Below, piece after piece: positions 1-14,200 of a stretch of DNA of 64,000 nt. Where the stretch lies: NCBI GenBank assembly GCA_002633005.1, contig NMRA01000494.1, positions 77,195 to 141,194 of the forward strand, written 5' to 3'. The notes below the pieces were generated by a model. The model was not told where the DNA came from, made no database searches, and saw only the letters and a list, made by a program, of their open reading frames with translations. The stretch is from Phoronis australis. Lineage: Eukaryota; Animalia; Phoronida. Positions within the stretch are counted from its first letter, which is position 1. Each line of letters opens with the position of its first letter. A program made the position numbers and the translations under genes.

Positions 1-3000
1 AAATTGAGTCTCGACATATTCAAACTCATCGCTTTACTCACAAGTATGGCACTAAACGCTTACGTTAGGGGACAGGTATTTACAGCAGTTAGTGAATTAA
101 AATGCACAAATAGACAATAGATAACGGGTAACTTTGCTTGCACATCACAGTTATTTATTATTAATATTTCTATCAATAGATTTTCCGTGTCGCCTAGGAA
201 TATTGTTATAACAAACGACTGGGGTGCGATCATCATTAATAGATGCGAGCGGAAAAAAATTCAAAACATGCCCTGGTAATCCACATGTAAAATCTGACCA
301 TGTTTTTGTGATATATGGGTCTCCGCATTCCATCCACTAAACAAACGTACCAAATCAAATTGATGGGGTCAGAACTATTTTACAGCAAAGAACGCAGATA
401 ATGTACACGGTACGGTTAAAAGTGCTCGTGTTGTCCCCTGTGGTGATGGTAAAAACGAGAAAAGTATAAGGAGACATTTTCTTAAGTGAGCATAACGTAC
501 ACAGTGTTGGGTAGTGTTTGGGTTGCCAACATCAATTCTATCTCCAAGTTTTATGCAACTAGTTTGAGAAAAGTAAATGGCTATATTCAAAAGAAAGCTT
601 TAACACTGTTTGAACGAGAAGAGAATATTTGAATCAATGTCAAACACACTATAGGCCAAATACAAAGGTATACAAACAGTGAATGATATTCCCTCTTGGA
701 CATTTTTCGGACATTCGAGACTTTGTTTTAATCTTCTTAGCTGTCAGATTAACTTCATAAATGTGGAAGTGCGCGGGTCATTTTCTGACGCACATGCAAA
801 CTTTTGTCGATGATTAATACCGGCTTGGTTCTGCCCGTGTTTGTCTTTGCATAAGCCATGCAATGAATGCATTAAAAATGAATGAGAAGTCAGGCAGTAT
901 ACATGTTTCATGTTAAAAAAGGAAATGTTACACAGTATAAGCTTCTAAGATGCGTGCCATACTGGGGAATATTGCACATGCGTTATTGATCATCATCGAT
1001 TACATTCAATTTTTTTATTTTTGGTGGTGCACCACCACATAAAATGTTACAGTTGACTTATTCATTACGGTTACCCACTCAACTGCTGCCAAATGGAATG
1101 AGGTTTCCGCGGAAACTCCGATCATTTTTTTAAAAAACTAAAAGAAGTTTAAAAAGATAAGGCAAACACAATGAGGGCTGAAAGTAACGAATTGTTTGTC
1201 TTGGTGATATACTTCGACTAACTGCACTCATCATGTGTTCCAAATTGGTGAGTGTAAGGAAAATAGTATTTTTTAGTTTTCAATTTGTTGGTCAAAAATC
1301 AATATTCTCCAGAGTATATCTATTGGTTTCCCTAAATAAGCTTGCAAATGGTTGTTGGCAAATATTTCTATGTTGTCCGATAATTACACAGTAGTAAGGA
1401 GTGTCACCCCGATCAGCTCAGCTTTCATGGCTAGTGACCTATTCTTGGCTTTTGTTTGAGACACGAAATTTGGTTGCGTAACAGGTCTTCTGAGCGAGTC
1501 CTTTAATGACAACATTATTTGACAGGGAAATTGATTTGTCAGGTATATTGAACACTGGTTAGTTAAAGATATCTCAAACGTTATTCCCAAAAATGGCCAT
1601 TTTTACAATATTTCACATATGTCCAGGTAAATATATTATTTTCATTCTCGGGGAACTTCCGCTACGAAATATATATCGTGTAGGTGATTTAGCTGAACCA
1701 CCTTGGACCTGTACAACTGCGTGGAAATTTGTTTACTGCTTATCTGAGGTCAAAGGTTACAGAGCTAGCTGTCACTCAAATCGAATCTCCCGCCAGCCAC
1801 AGAGTAGCCTCATGCATAACCTCAGTCCTGTCATTAACCGAGTCGCCATAACATTGAGTCAACAAGGTGTACATTGATAGAACGATGACGAAGAAAACAA
1901 AGGCAAACCGTAGTTTTGATCCTTAGAGAGTTGTGTGTCTGCATGAATATGACTGTTGAGAACAAATGCTACGAGTCGCCTCACGCTTCTGTGACTGTGT
2001 TCACTAACACAGCAAGTTGTGAAAAGAGATAAACCCTCATCCAAATTCCTTAATTTGATAGGTAATTTGACACTGTTTCTATCTCATGCTCACTATGTGC
2101 CTTAATCACCGACTCGATTGCTGTTATCCATTTTTATCAGTCTCCCGGCGCGCGGTATGTTTAACAATGAACTGTTGACCTATTTAAATGTAGATCAACA
2201 GTTGATCCGGCCACTTGGCTCAAGACGGTGAAAAGTTTAAACGGTAATAAAATTCATTACGCGCTGCAATTTCAGTTGACTTTGCCCGTGAATGTTGAAA
2301 TAATGAACGCGGCTAAGGAATGTATAGGTTATATTGACAAAAACAAGTTTTCACCGAAAAAATAAAGAAGTCCTTGAGATAATACAATCTCGCCACATAA
2401 TCTAGTTTTTCTCATCTTCGGCCAATCGACTTAATTTGAAGTTAAATGCACGAGTTCTCGAAAACGGCTCGGTCGATTTCGCTTAAACTTTTCAAGCTTG
2501 ATATTTATTTATCAATATCAACACTGTTAGAATTTTTGGAATAAAGGCCTAGTTTTTTGCATAATATAACAAAGACGAATACGACTTTTATTTTTTTTAC
2601 AAAAGCGCCTTACATTTTTCGAGTTGATTTGTCATAGAAATCGAAATTTCTAAACAGTGTTTTTGAGGTAACTGGTGTGTTTTTCACTTAAAAAGGTTTC
2701 AAAACTTGACTTGAAAAGGTGTTAACGTAATAATAATAATGGCAGATAAATATGAAACGTATTATTTTGTGTATTCCCTGATATTTTTTCTTTCAGAAAA
2801 TATATATTTTTACTAGTTGACAAAACCTAGTTTTTTTGATAAACGAGTTAGAGTGGAGGCCACGTAATAAGGTTTGAGACAACATTAACACATCTAAATG
2901 TTCAGTCAGGGGCATTACGCGTTTAGCTGCCTCCTGGTGTCAAGACGAAGACTATTTGCCATAAATAATTCAATCTACTTGAACGCTCTCTACATTTGAT

Positions 3001-3363
3001 TATTGATGAGAACTCTGTAACATTGTTGAAGCACTTCATTTCCTACAAATTAGGACTGATACACTTATTTTGTAAAGCATGATTAATTTCAAGTGTGCGC
3101 AAATCACGATATAGTAGGGTGTGACACCGCTAAAGTAGATAACTTACGAAGTAAAATAACAAATTGAGCAACCCATTAATCATACCGCTTGTCGATGTTT
3201 TGCATAAATTATTGAAATAAGATCTACTCAAAACTGGTGAAAGGCATAGTATAAATACTCCATCGTATAAGAGACAAAGAGACCATAGATTTATTAACAG
3301 ATTTACACAAAAGAAAGTTCAATAAAATAGAGCATTAAGGTTTTGTAGGATCCTAGAACAGTG

Positions 3364-3840
3364 GATCAAATTTGAGTCTAATACTGTAATAAAAACTTAC
3401 AAAAATTAGCGACGTTGCGTCCGCGTCTCACGGACTTCAGCTTGGCTTGTGACGTTATCGTTATTCTGGCCAATCGGTGGCGTTTTGACCAGACGTCGCG
3501 GCATTGAGGTCAGAACACCATCCCATACGTGTGACAAATCGAATCTTAAACCGCCTCTTTTATTTAAAGAGGGACTCTCAATCCACTCACGGAGAGCTTC
3601 TTTTACACCCCTTCTGAACCAGTCTACCTCAAAGTCTAGGATAGTGACATCATCAGTATCGAAATCATGTCCAGTGGCTCACAGGTGGTTAAAAATAGCC
3701 GAATCATAAGTGTCCCTGTAACTAGAACGTTAAGTCCGCGAGATGCGGACGCAACGTCGCTAATTTTTGTAAGTTTTTTATTCCAGTATTAGACTCAAAT
3801 TTAATCTGTTTTCTCAACTGGATGTCTCAAAATTGTCATG
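3364..3840 (-). mobile_element. Penelope-like retroelement (Poseidon-type) 3' fragment with inverted pseudo-LTR
   Basis: Minus strand 3720->3410 translates to YRDTYDSAIFNHL*ATGHDFDTDDVTILDFEVDWFRRGVKEALREWIESPSLNKRGGLRFDLSHVWDGVL, which matches the C-terminal part of the PLE GIY-YIG endonuclease (one in-frame stop). A ~70 bp inverted repeat lies at 3368-3437 and 3732-3802. The + copy continues into CAACTGGATGTCTCAAAAT, resembling the Poseidon 3' terminus. Confidence 0.8.
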
Positions 3841-5271
3841 CTTTTATCCTAGAAAAATGTCCAAATTCAGCTAACTTCGCATCATGATGTCTAAGAAATC
3901 ATTGTATGGATTCATACTTGCTTCACCTCTGTTTAGAATTTACCTTTTGAACCACAATATAGCGGTACACATAACTATAATTGTTTTGTCATCACATTCT
4001 TACAACTAAGAATTCCTTGTACATTGTGGAAATACGTCATATATGCTGCTTAAAGGAACAACCGGCTAGACTAGAATATAGAATTCGTGCTATTCACCAG
4101 TCTCTTCCAAAACTGTTTAAGGAAGTAAGACAATCGTTAAATTTTGTTTTACATTAATGTGGATCTTGCGAAAGTTTTCAACTTCGTACAACATAAACTG
4201 GCATTTACGTGGTTTATACAATATGAGTTTCTAGTCCATATTTTGCAACTTATGGTCCCTAAATTTGAGCTACAAACTCAAGTACAAACATAGGATTTCG
4301 AGTAAACCTCGAAATTTAGAGTTCGCAGTCGAACTTTTAGCCTCAGTGATGTGGTCTTCAAGAGCAAAACTACAATTAGAAAGTCATTTCCTTATTAAGC
4401 CACTATGTACTTGAGCATAGAATAACACACACTCATCTTTAGTTCAAACATAAGATGAATAGAAAATGCTAAAAATAACTTCGAGTTAGATTTCGGTCTA
4501 TTGGTTAGACCCCGGTCCTGATTTAGATTGGCGTGAAAAGTGCAAGCACAAAAGGCATATCATAGCTATTAATACATATAAACCTTCATTTATACAGTGT
4601 ACATCAAATGTTTTCAACCAGGTATGATGAGAAATGTCCAAAGAATGTTACACTAAACATGGTTGTGTTCCGTAGACCCAACACTTGCTGTAAGAAGTCT
4701 TCGTTTATTGAACAGAATCAGAGATATCCCACAATTCAACATTTGAATCTTACTGAGGAATCACTTTAACCCCGCTCCAGCTTGCAGTCGGCTTCGTGCC
4801 TGTATTGACTGTATTTGGAAAGTCACGTGAGACACTGTCTTGCTGTAGCATCAACAATACGAATTAACGCAGCGTAATATACGCGGACATGTAATTAAAG
4901 CAAAGAACAGTTCTTTTGACGAAGGGACCATTCTGTGCCTTGTCGGGTGGGCCAGCCTCCCTTGCCAAATTACTCAACGTTATTCAGTATGAGCATTCAA
5001 TAGCCAGAATACATCAGAGCCATTTAGGTCGCGGGTAGGTACTAATCTAGAATCGTTTCAATGGCTGCCATGTTGCTATATTTACGCTAGTAATGTATCA
5101 AGCATACTCTCGCGAAACATTCTTCTTTCACTCGCGGGATTCTGCGTGGTCTTGAGGGATAACCTTTTCCTCGCAAGATGCTAGGTCTATGGAACCTTGT
5201 CAATATGATTAACATATTTCCAAGTTACAACTTAACATAGAAATAAATTCGATGTCGTGATTTGTTTTTAG

Positions 5272-8200
5272 CCTTCACCATTGAACAGTCATACGAAGCA
5301 TTTGATAAATATCTCAAACATCCAATCAACGTGAACCTTAAGTACAAGTCCGCGCCTTACTTGGAGTTTCCGTCCATCACGGTGTGCAACCTCAATCCAA
5401 TCAGGTAGGTGCATATACTTGTAACAATGGTATTTGCAAGTATTTCATTAGTTTAGTTTAAAAAATCCGAAAAGTTTTTTGTGATACATCGCTTGGTTGT
5501 TCGTTCATACTCTGGATTTGGACACGTGTCATGGGCGGCGCAGCACTGACAAAACGGGGGGTTAAAGCCCCCTCAGTCCCCCTGGGGTGCACCGCCTATA
5601 GACTATGTCCGGTGTAGCACTGAAAAAAGTAGGGGCTTTAGCCTCCCCGGCCCCGGCCCTATGCTGCGCCACCCATGCATGTGTATGTGTACCTAGCAAG
5701 GTTATAGGAAGTTCTCTGTAAAATGAACATTTCCGGATGTTTCCGAAATGTGACTTGAGTCTCTATTCGTGCGTTCCCAAAGTTCATGCACGTACGCTCA
5801 TACACGGGCACTTTTGAACACTCTTGTTTTGTGTATGGCCAAAAAGTAATCGGTCATCCCGAACATTAACACGGCAGGCACGTTGTCTGGCGAGGAGAAC
5901 CAGATAGCATGTGACTGAGGCATACAAGTGGACGTGATGACTTAAAGGCAAGATGATTTTTTGTGATAGTTCTAACCGTCTCTGTTTTTTATTATTTTTC
6001 TTTGATACCCAGCTGAAAATATCTCCGCCCCCTGTGGAAATTATTGCCGTACCCCCGTACGGAAAACACCACATGGGAGCCTGGGAGCTAATGACTCGCA
6101 GCGCAAGAGTCAACTACCACAAATGTTTATCATTCCGAGTGATTTTCTGTGGCCTTAAAGTGTCAATTAGTGTATTAACTAACATGATCTAAGGGATCAA
6201 TGAACATATCGCCGGAGTATTATTTTGGATCAGGGGTGCAGCCGAGGGGATGCAACGGAAGCCGTCGTCCCGTCCCTTTTTACTTGGCCTCTCAGTAGGA
6301 TTTCATTTTCCTTCAAAAATGGTCAATTTTTTAAAGGAAATTTGTCCTTATACATGAATTCTGGAAAAAATAACTGCTATTTACGCCTTTGGTTCAGGTT
6401 CTGCATCCTCGACTATTTTCAGGGATGAGTTTATGGATTGTTGTAAAGAAGCGTCTCAAACCCATGGGCTTGAGGCTGCTTTGCCCGGTTAGATGAAACG
6501 GTCCCAAATGGGGACTTAACTAAGTTCTCTAAATCTTTTGCGTATTTGTTTCGTTCTATGCTCAGAGGCGTGGTATTTTTTCTATAATTTTATCTTTATT
6601 ATGAGCTCTTCTTTGACTAATGACATTTTCTAATAATGTAACTGAAAACTGAGTCCTTAAGTCAATTAAAATGATCAGGGACTTACAGTATTCCTTACAT
6701 AAAAATATCCGTACTTGTTTTCAATAATATTTAGAATTAAACGGAGAGTTTACATTCGGTTTTGTATCAAAGTCAAAGTTGACTTAGTGATGAGACTCAA
6801 ACAGCATAAGAAAGGACAATTAGTGTTTTCACAAGCCCACAAATACGCTGTAGATTTAGGGAACTTAGCTGAGTCCCTATTTGTGACTCACATGCAACCG
6901 ACCACTTGAGCACTAAACGCAATATGAAGACACTGTATAGTAGCTCATTCCAAAACTTCCCACGAGGAGTCGTAAGACTCAGGCCCAAACAATACATAAC
7001 AAATTGCGATATTATAACACAACGCACTGTAGTAGTTGTTTTGTTATAAAAATATCAACAAAACTAAGTAACAATTACTTGTCGCAGGTTGTCTGCCATT
7101 GCCGATTACGCCGCGCATCACCCTGAACTTGCAGCATCACTGGGTATTGGAATCAACAGCAGCAGCGACACCAACAAAACACATGTGAGTATGTGCCGGA
7201 ACGTGGCCGTCCTCACCTCATCGTCTTCTTTCACAGTGCTACTAAAGGTAACACTGTGAAATTGTTTAACATGGCTTCTCACTGGTTAAAGTAATGAAGC
7301 CGACGTCATAACATTCAATCATTCTCATAGGTTGAAATCTTGGAAACCCCTTTCAGTTTACTGTTACGTAGTATGGCGACCCCCTTTGACTTGAATAGTT
7401 GCGATTTATTAAAACGGGTAGTGATCAAAATAAACAAAATAAAGTACACCCCGATCCAGTGGCTTGCCCAAACAAGTACTGTGTATAGAAGACGTGTGCA
7501 AGATGTTGCGATGTGATGGGTAAACATCTGACCTAGCACGCACATTGATGCCCACACACGGAATTCGGTGTGTCGTTCATCATTCCACAGGGTCAGTTTT
7601 CACTACAGGTGGCGCTGTATCAGAGGGTGCTGTAAAGCAAGCTTAAGAACTTTGTTGTCCTTAGTTTTGCTTGAACATCATTACGTCATAGAATTGACCT
7701 AGTGGACATGTTTTCATGCCACATGATATCTTGACGAACGTTGACAGATGATGTTGGCGAGATATTTTCAAACGGGATCGCTCTCGAGGATATGAGATAC
7801 ATGTACGACTACTTCGGAAACATAATTATTCAAAGAGTGCCCTCTGAAGAGCATTCAATGGAAATTAACAGTAATTTTGTTTATTCTGTCTTAAAGACCC
7901 ACGTAGCACTAATTAGGCCAAGCCATAGTTATAAACTTCAAATTCAGTCAGCGGAGGTTAAACTTCCTTACAGCAATTATTGAATTTCATTTCGTTCTGT
8001 GGTGAAATCGTGAGTAATCACCAACGTATTAAAAAACAAAAAAAAAACAAAGTGTTCCTCACCAAAACATGGACCTGATCAATAATTCTGAAAGTTGGGT
8101 CTACATGGGGCTGTAATGACTCTCGTGAGACGAGAGAAATCCGTTGCAATTACAGAATCCTATTTAAGGTTATGGAGGATCCTAGAAACATTTTAAAATT

Positions 8201-11200
8201 TGGCTAAGTTCAGAACATTATATCTCATAAATTACAGATTAGAGTCAATTGACACTTTCATGCACTATGTTTTGTGCACCGTTTTTCAAAAAGGCTCAGG
8301 AATTGTCTTTGGAATTTTCAAGAAAATCTGTTTAAATCGAAATCAAAATGCTTCTTTAGACGTCGTTTTTTAGATTAGTCCTGAACATTCCTATGAGTCG
8401 AAATTTGTTCATGTTATTTGTGCTGTTCTTTTGCTATCAGTTTATATTTCTTTTGGTTGAATATTACCAAGAAAACATGGCCACGTGACCCAGGTTGGTA
8501 AGTAGTCTAAAATCAAGTCCACAGGCTTTCTACTTCATCATACTGAATTAAAATTTATTGTTTGTAGTTTGCTCAGGCTTGTCGATAAGGTCCTACAAGC
8601 CTATAAAATCTTTCATTAATTTGGTATTGAGCAAAGCTCAGTTTCTACCCTAGAACATGTATAATGTTATGTTGGTGCACTGAACATGTTATTCCTTTGT
8701 TTTAGAGAGGCGCCGATGCTCATGCCACAAGGATCGCCTTTCTCCGTCTAATGGCGGACATCAATGACACACATAAATTCATTCTAGGCCATCAGCGAGA
8801 GAAGTTGATTATACATTGCACATACGAAGGAGAGGAGTGCCTAGCTAGGTGAATAGTATCATATTCATTATTGCGCGTCGCCAACGATGAAATTGTTTTT
8901 TGCATTAACGATATCATTCAGATGCTTTGGATATTGATGGGGTTATAGACTATACTTCGAAATTGCAACCAAATTTTGCTTTGTAAAAGTAATTTAAAAC
9001 CTTCGTCACGCATGGCATATTAATTGAATAAATCATCGATTAATATAGTTCAACTATTCGCTTTTTTAAGCTTGTCTTTGTTAGTTAATTAAATAGTTCA
9101 TTGTTACTCGTTTCAGTGACTTTCATTCATTTTGGAGCTCTCACCATGGCAACTGTTACACGTTTAACCATGGTTACGAGAACAGAAGTGATGTTCATCT
9201 GAACTCAAAATCTGGATCCAGTTATGGTAAGATTGGTAACGCCCAGGACGCCCAGACGCCGTAGAGTTACGACCTCAGTGGACTGCCTCTAGTGAATGTT
9301 AGCTGAGCTGACATCTCGCGTCAAGACGTGAAAATACGAACATAATTCACAACTTGCACACTGTGGTGGCGCTGCAAAAATGATTGTAGTACAATGTTGT
9401 TTAGAACACCAAGCCTCGTTGTAGTACCAATTTTAACCAAGCACACGAAAGTGCACGTGTTCCAAACAAGCAAAACCATTTCTAGTTTGGATGCAACACC
9501 TTTTTTTCAAGCATATAAATGGCGAATTCATAAAAACGTGAATTGAATGAAGTACCTAGTTTATTCAACTGTTCACGAGTTATCGTCAGAAATGAAGTTT
9601 TAAGGCCAGCCCAGACGGAAAGCTTCGAGGTCACCTAACTGTGTGAAGTAAAGGATAAACAGGCTGACATCTCACGTGAATGCATGAAAGTACGACTACA
9701 ACTGAATTAACTAGTCGGAACTTCAGTGAAATTATTAAGGTGTGGATAATAGATTACAAATTTGAATCATTAAAACGGCAATATTGAATGATTGAGCGGA
9801 AAACAATAAGACAGCACAAGTATTCATTATCCTGTTGCGTCTTTGGAGTCCCATTTTGCCCGGGCATTTCGTTTGAGATAGATAACTGTTTATTTCATCT
9901 TAAGAAATTGAACAAAAAATGTCACCGCAGCCAATTGATAACATTACATGTATATGCAGGCAGATTGACAATTACACCAACAATAAATATATGTATAAAA
10001 GGATGATTACTAACAGCTCCTAAAATTACAAGACACAATTCTTTTGGTATAACAACGTAATACTATCTTGTTACAAAAACACAGACAAACACACAAAAAC
10101 AAAAAACAAAAAAACACGGAAAGGGTATCAAATAATTAAAATAAAAGTAGATACTATATCTATTACAAAAATATTCAGATCTAACTTAAATTGATGCGAA
10201 CCATGAAGTAAAAATGAAGCACGTTTATTATTAGGTAAGGTGTCATAGTGGTAAATGCACGTGACATCATTATTTTAATCAGTCTATTTGATTGACAGGA
10301 CATTAAACATGAATTACAACATTAATCAAGAAGCCACGTTTATAAAAATTTGACATGCGTCTTGAAAATTTCGTTCACGTGAGAAAACAATGTTTACGAC
10401 AGTGCAGATGAATAATTAAGAACTAAGAAGGTTGCTTCCATCTGTGCTCAGTTCAAGGCTGGAAAATAGATTACATTTGAATGAACTAGCTTCTCGTTCT
10501 CTCAACAGGTCTTAAACTCGAGCTAAATTTGGAGCAGCATGAATACATCGACAAGTTATCAGAGGCGGCAGGGGCACGAATTGTGATTCACAAGGCCAAC
10601 ACAATGCCCTTCCCTGACGACATGGGTACCTTCGCATCACCAGGATACCTGACCTCCATAGCTGCCAGATTGGTGAGTCGTGACTGGGTGCTGGTTTACG
10701 ACATCGCCTAGTTTTCAATCTAGAACAAGACTTCAGACAAAGTTTTGGAGTTTATATATAAGATTACAATAACTTTACGCTTAAATTAAAATAATGAAAG
10801 AAAGCCTGTCAGCCAAATCCGCCATTGGGGTTTGTCTTGAATTCCATAGGTACGACAAAGATGAAAGTAAAGCACGAGGCCCGTCATTACATGTCTGCCA
10901 TCACTTCATTTCCTTTGCCAGGAGCTGTTGAGAAAGCTAGTGTATACTAAATCGTGCGAGTTATTATTTCAGATGAGGATCGACCGTCTACCCTATCCAT
11001 TTGAGGACATGTGTAAGAACTACACGCGTGAGGAGGCTCACAGTCACTCGATATACTCTTTCATGTACGACGTTAACTACACCAAAGACGTGAGTTTCGG
11101 CAAGAGCCAATCTTGATGATATAAACTGTTTGGTAAAAAGAAATCCAAATTTAAATGCACTGTCACGCTAAGAGAGTTCAGATTTCTATTTGGTGCCACC

Positions 11201-14200
11201 GAAATTATCAAAGATTGTAAATAATTAAAATCTCTCTGAATTAGGAAGGTTACGCAACACACCGTTCATAGCCGTGCTTCCTGAAGTCCTGAAAACTAAT
11301 AAATTTACAAAATGAAGTGCCCTTTTTGAGCTGGTTGGTATATTTTGAAACGTTGAAACAGGAAAGAGCGAATTTCGCACATCTTTTATCATTTTTGGCA
11401 TTAAAATGTTTTTTGAAATTTCGCGTCTAGCTGACGCTCGATATTTGAAAATAATCATCATACTTAATAATAATAATAACAATAACAATAATAAAAATAA
11501 AAATAATAATAATGAAAATGAAAACAAAATTAATAATAATAGTAATAATAGTAATGATAGTAATAATACTACTACTACTAATAATAATAATAATAGTAAT
11601 GATAGTAATAATACTAATAATGATAATAATAATAATAATGATAATGACAGTGACAGTGACAGTGACAGTGACAGTGACAGTGATAGTGATAATAATGATG
11701 CTGGTGTGAGTTTTGTTTCATTTAATTTTTGTCGTACTGCTGGCTAACTTTTTTCAGCTCTCCCGTACAAAACACGGTATAGGTTTCAAATGTTCTTGCT
11801 ATTGAAAGCACGATGGTGTTATGGTATGATATTTTTGTTGTGGATATGAGATTATTATTATGAGGTTTTTATACTTTTTAATACCTTTAGGCCTGCCTCA
11901 AAACATGTCTCCAAGCTAAAATCATCGAGAAGTGCGACTGCGCCAGCTCTGAACTTCCTTTCAACGCCACATACTTCTCACAGATTCACGTAGATAAGGC
12001 TCACCATGGGGGAGATGTCCTGGCGTGCACGAGCGAATCGAAAGGTACTGTAGGTCTGAACTTCATCGCGACTATGGCAAGATAGTTCTATTACAACTGA
12101 CCGATATTGACTAGTTACTGGTTGTATTATTTATTTATTGTAGCTACCTAGCTGTTAGAAGATCACAAACTTCTCCCTGAGATATCGCCATTGATCATGT
12201 CATGTCACCAGCGTTCATTAGTGAATGAAAGGTTTCATTGTACACATTTCAGCTGAATGTCTGTGACAAACGCCACTGTTTTGAAAGCCTTTATAAAAAA
12301 TAACGCAATGATACCATACATTTGAGAAGAGTTCGTTGGGGGATTACAGAAACAAATTCGTGTAATTGCATATATACCAAATTCCGAAAATTCATTCGAA
12401 GCATGGCGTTAAGGTCACTGCTGCACAAGTGGTAGCTAATCAAGGTACTGCGTGTGATGGTCATTATGTTGAATTTTTGAAGAGAAATCTTGTGGGTGTG
12501 TATCTCAGAGCAGTGTAATGTGGTGTATCCTTTCTTCAAGCCACCTGTGGACAGGAAATGTGTATGTTTCATCTAATGCTAACGATCAATTTCGAACAAT
12601 CCATCGCGCATGCTTCTGAGCCTTTTAGTCCGTGAAAACACATCGAAAGTTTGAAAATTCGGACCGTTGTTTTAGAAAGTATGGAGTGTCGTATTGTTGT
12701 CATTCCTGTCACCACCACCACCACCACCACCACCACCACCACCACCGCTACTTCATCTTTAAGCTAGTGCTGCTGTCGTTCTTAATACATTGTGAGGCTG
12801 TTGTTTGCCCTTAAACATCCCGATGAAGACGCAAGAATTCATTAGACAGCTAAAATAATACACGGATTGATTCTATGAAGTTTGAAGCTCGCCTTCAATT
12901 TTTACTTTTGTATGATGGCGTATAGTCCATCTGCACTCCTGCTTTCAATTGTGGTGAGCTGAAATGTCGAGTTTTGATTTCTATGAAAATTACTAGTTTT
13001 CCGGTGATGCCACGGGATGTTTACGGGCGACAATCGTCCAACAAGGCATTTAGAAACGACATCAACGCCGCTAATTGAGTAAGCTTAACCGTAGATGAAA
13101 TCCTCCAAATCACAGCAACAAGTAACCTTGTATTGAACAGAAAATTATTTTACCAAAGCGTTTTGGATGTGAGAAATAAGAGCAGAGTTAGTACTCTTCG
13201 GGATACGTGTCTTCTTCGAACTACTGAACATTTAACACTTGTCGTTGTTTCAGTTGCCTGCATGGAGGACATCGAGTACAAGTTTAAACATGGAGAGTTG
13301 AACTGTGACTACTGCCCTGTGAGCTGTTTGTGAGTAAACTACTTGTAGTGTATAGCCCCTTATGCATTAACAGTCCGGTAGACTTGTCTTCTAGTGGGAA
13401 AAATCAGCAATCTGGAAGTGTCCTTGTGGAGTTTAATGTTTCGAAATTTCCATACAAAAACAGTTCATTAAGACGTATGGGATAGAGAAAACAGCAGCGG
13501 AGCAAGACTAATGCGAGTTGGCCTAGCATGTTCATTGCCCCCCATCCTCCCCCAGTTCAGTGCAAAATGCCCACGGGTTGACAATCAACTTGGTGTTTGA
13601 ACACTCAATCCTCCCCCGTTGAATCCATGTGGTTAAGTGTTTTTCAAATTTCCAAAAACACAACGCGTTTGCAGGGTGTTCGGATTCAGAAAAGCCGCAA
13701 ATTTCTAACACAAAATTCCTTACAGACCTATCGCGAACTGATTGAAAGGCGGGCCTGGTTCATCTGGTTCGTCACTATTAAGCCTATGGTTATGTTCCTA
13801 TGTATCATATTTACAAGTTCTGCTTCTATATGTGTTTCGAACGTTTCAAACTGTTTTACAATAGAAATTTCCAAATCAAACAGGCAAATCGTGCGTTTGT
13901 AGCACTTGGTAGTTTGACGAGTATGACAAACATTTCCAGAACATGTACTCAAAGTGATGACATTCTCAAATGTATCCATTTTTATTACAGCGACATCTAT
14001 TATCCAGAAAAGGTTAGCATTGCCCAGTGGCCGTCCACAAATCACAAGGTGAGGATAATGACATTGGCTAAAGGGCCAACCTGGTTTATATTTTATATTT
14101 GCGCGCGTTGTGTACAGCATCTACGTAAGTACATGCATTTACCTCTCAGTATTTCTGGCCGTCAAATATGTTTCGAATCTTGGTCATCATTGAAGAAAAA

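Noticed and set aside
150-860. Short minus-strand ORFs that look faintly coding
   Set aside because: No recognisable motif and many stops; not assignable by eye.
1170-1250. GTGAGT donor at ~1248 as a possible first exon of the channel
   Set aside because: No HG motif or hydrophobic TM1 in any frame upstream.
7741-7983. ORF DDVGEIFSNG.. as an extra finger-domain exon
   Set aside because: Needs a phase-1 entry but the preceding exon ends in phase 0; no convincing donor.
11225-11747. Poly-Asn, poly-Ile and poly-Leu ORFs
   Set aside because: Translations of an intronic AAT microsatellite.
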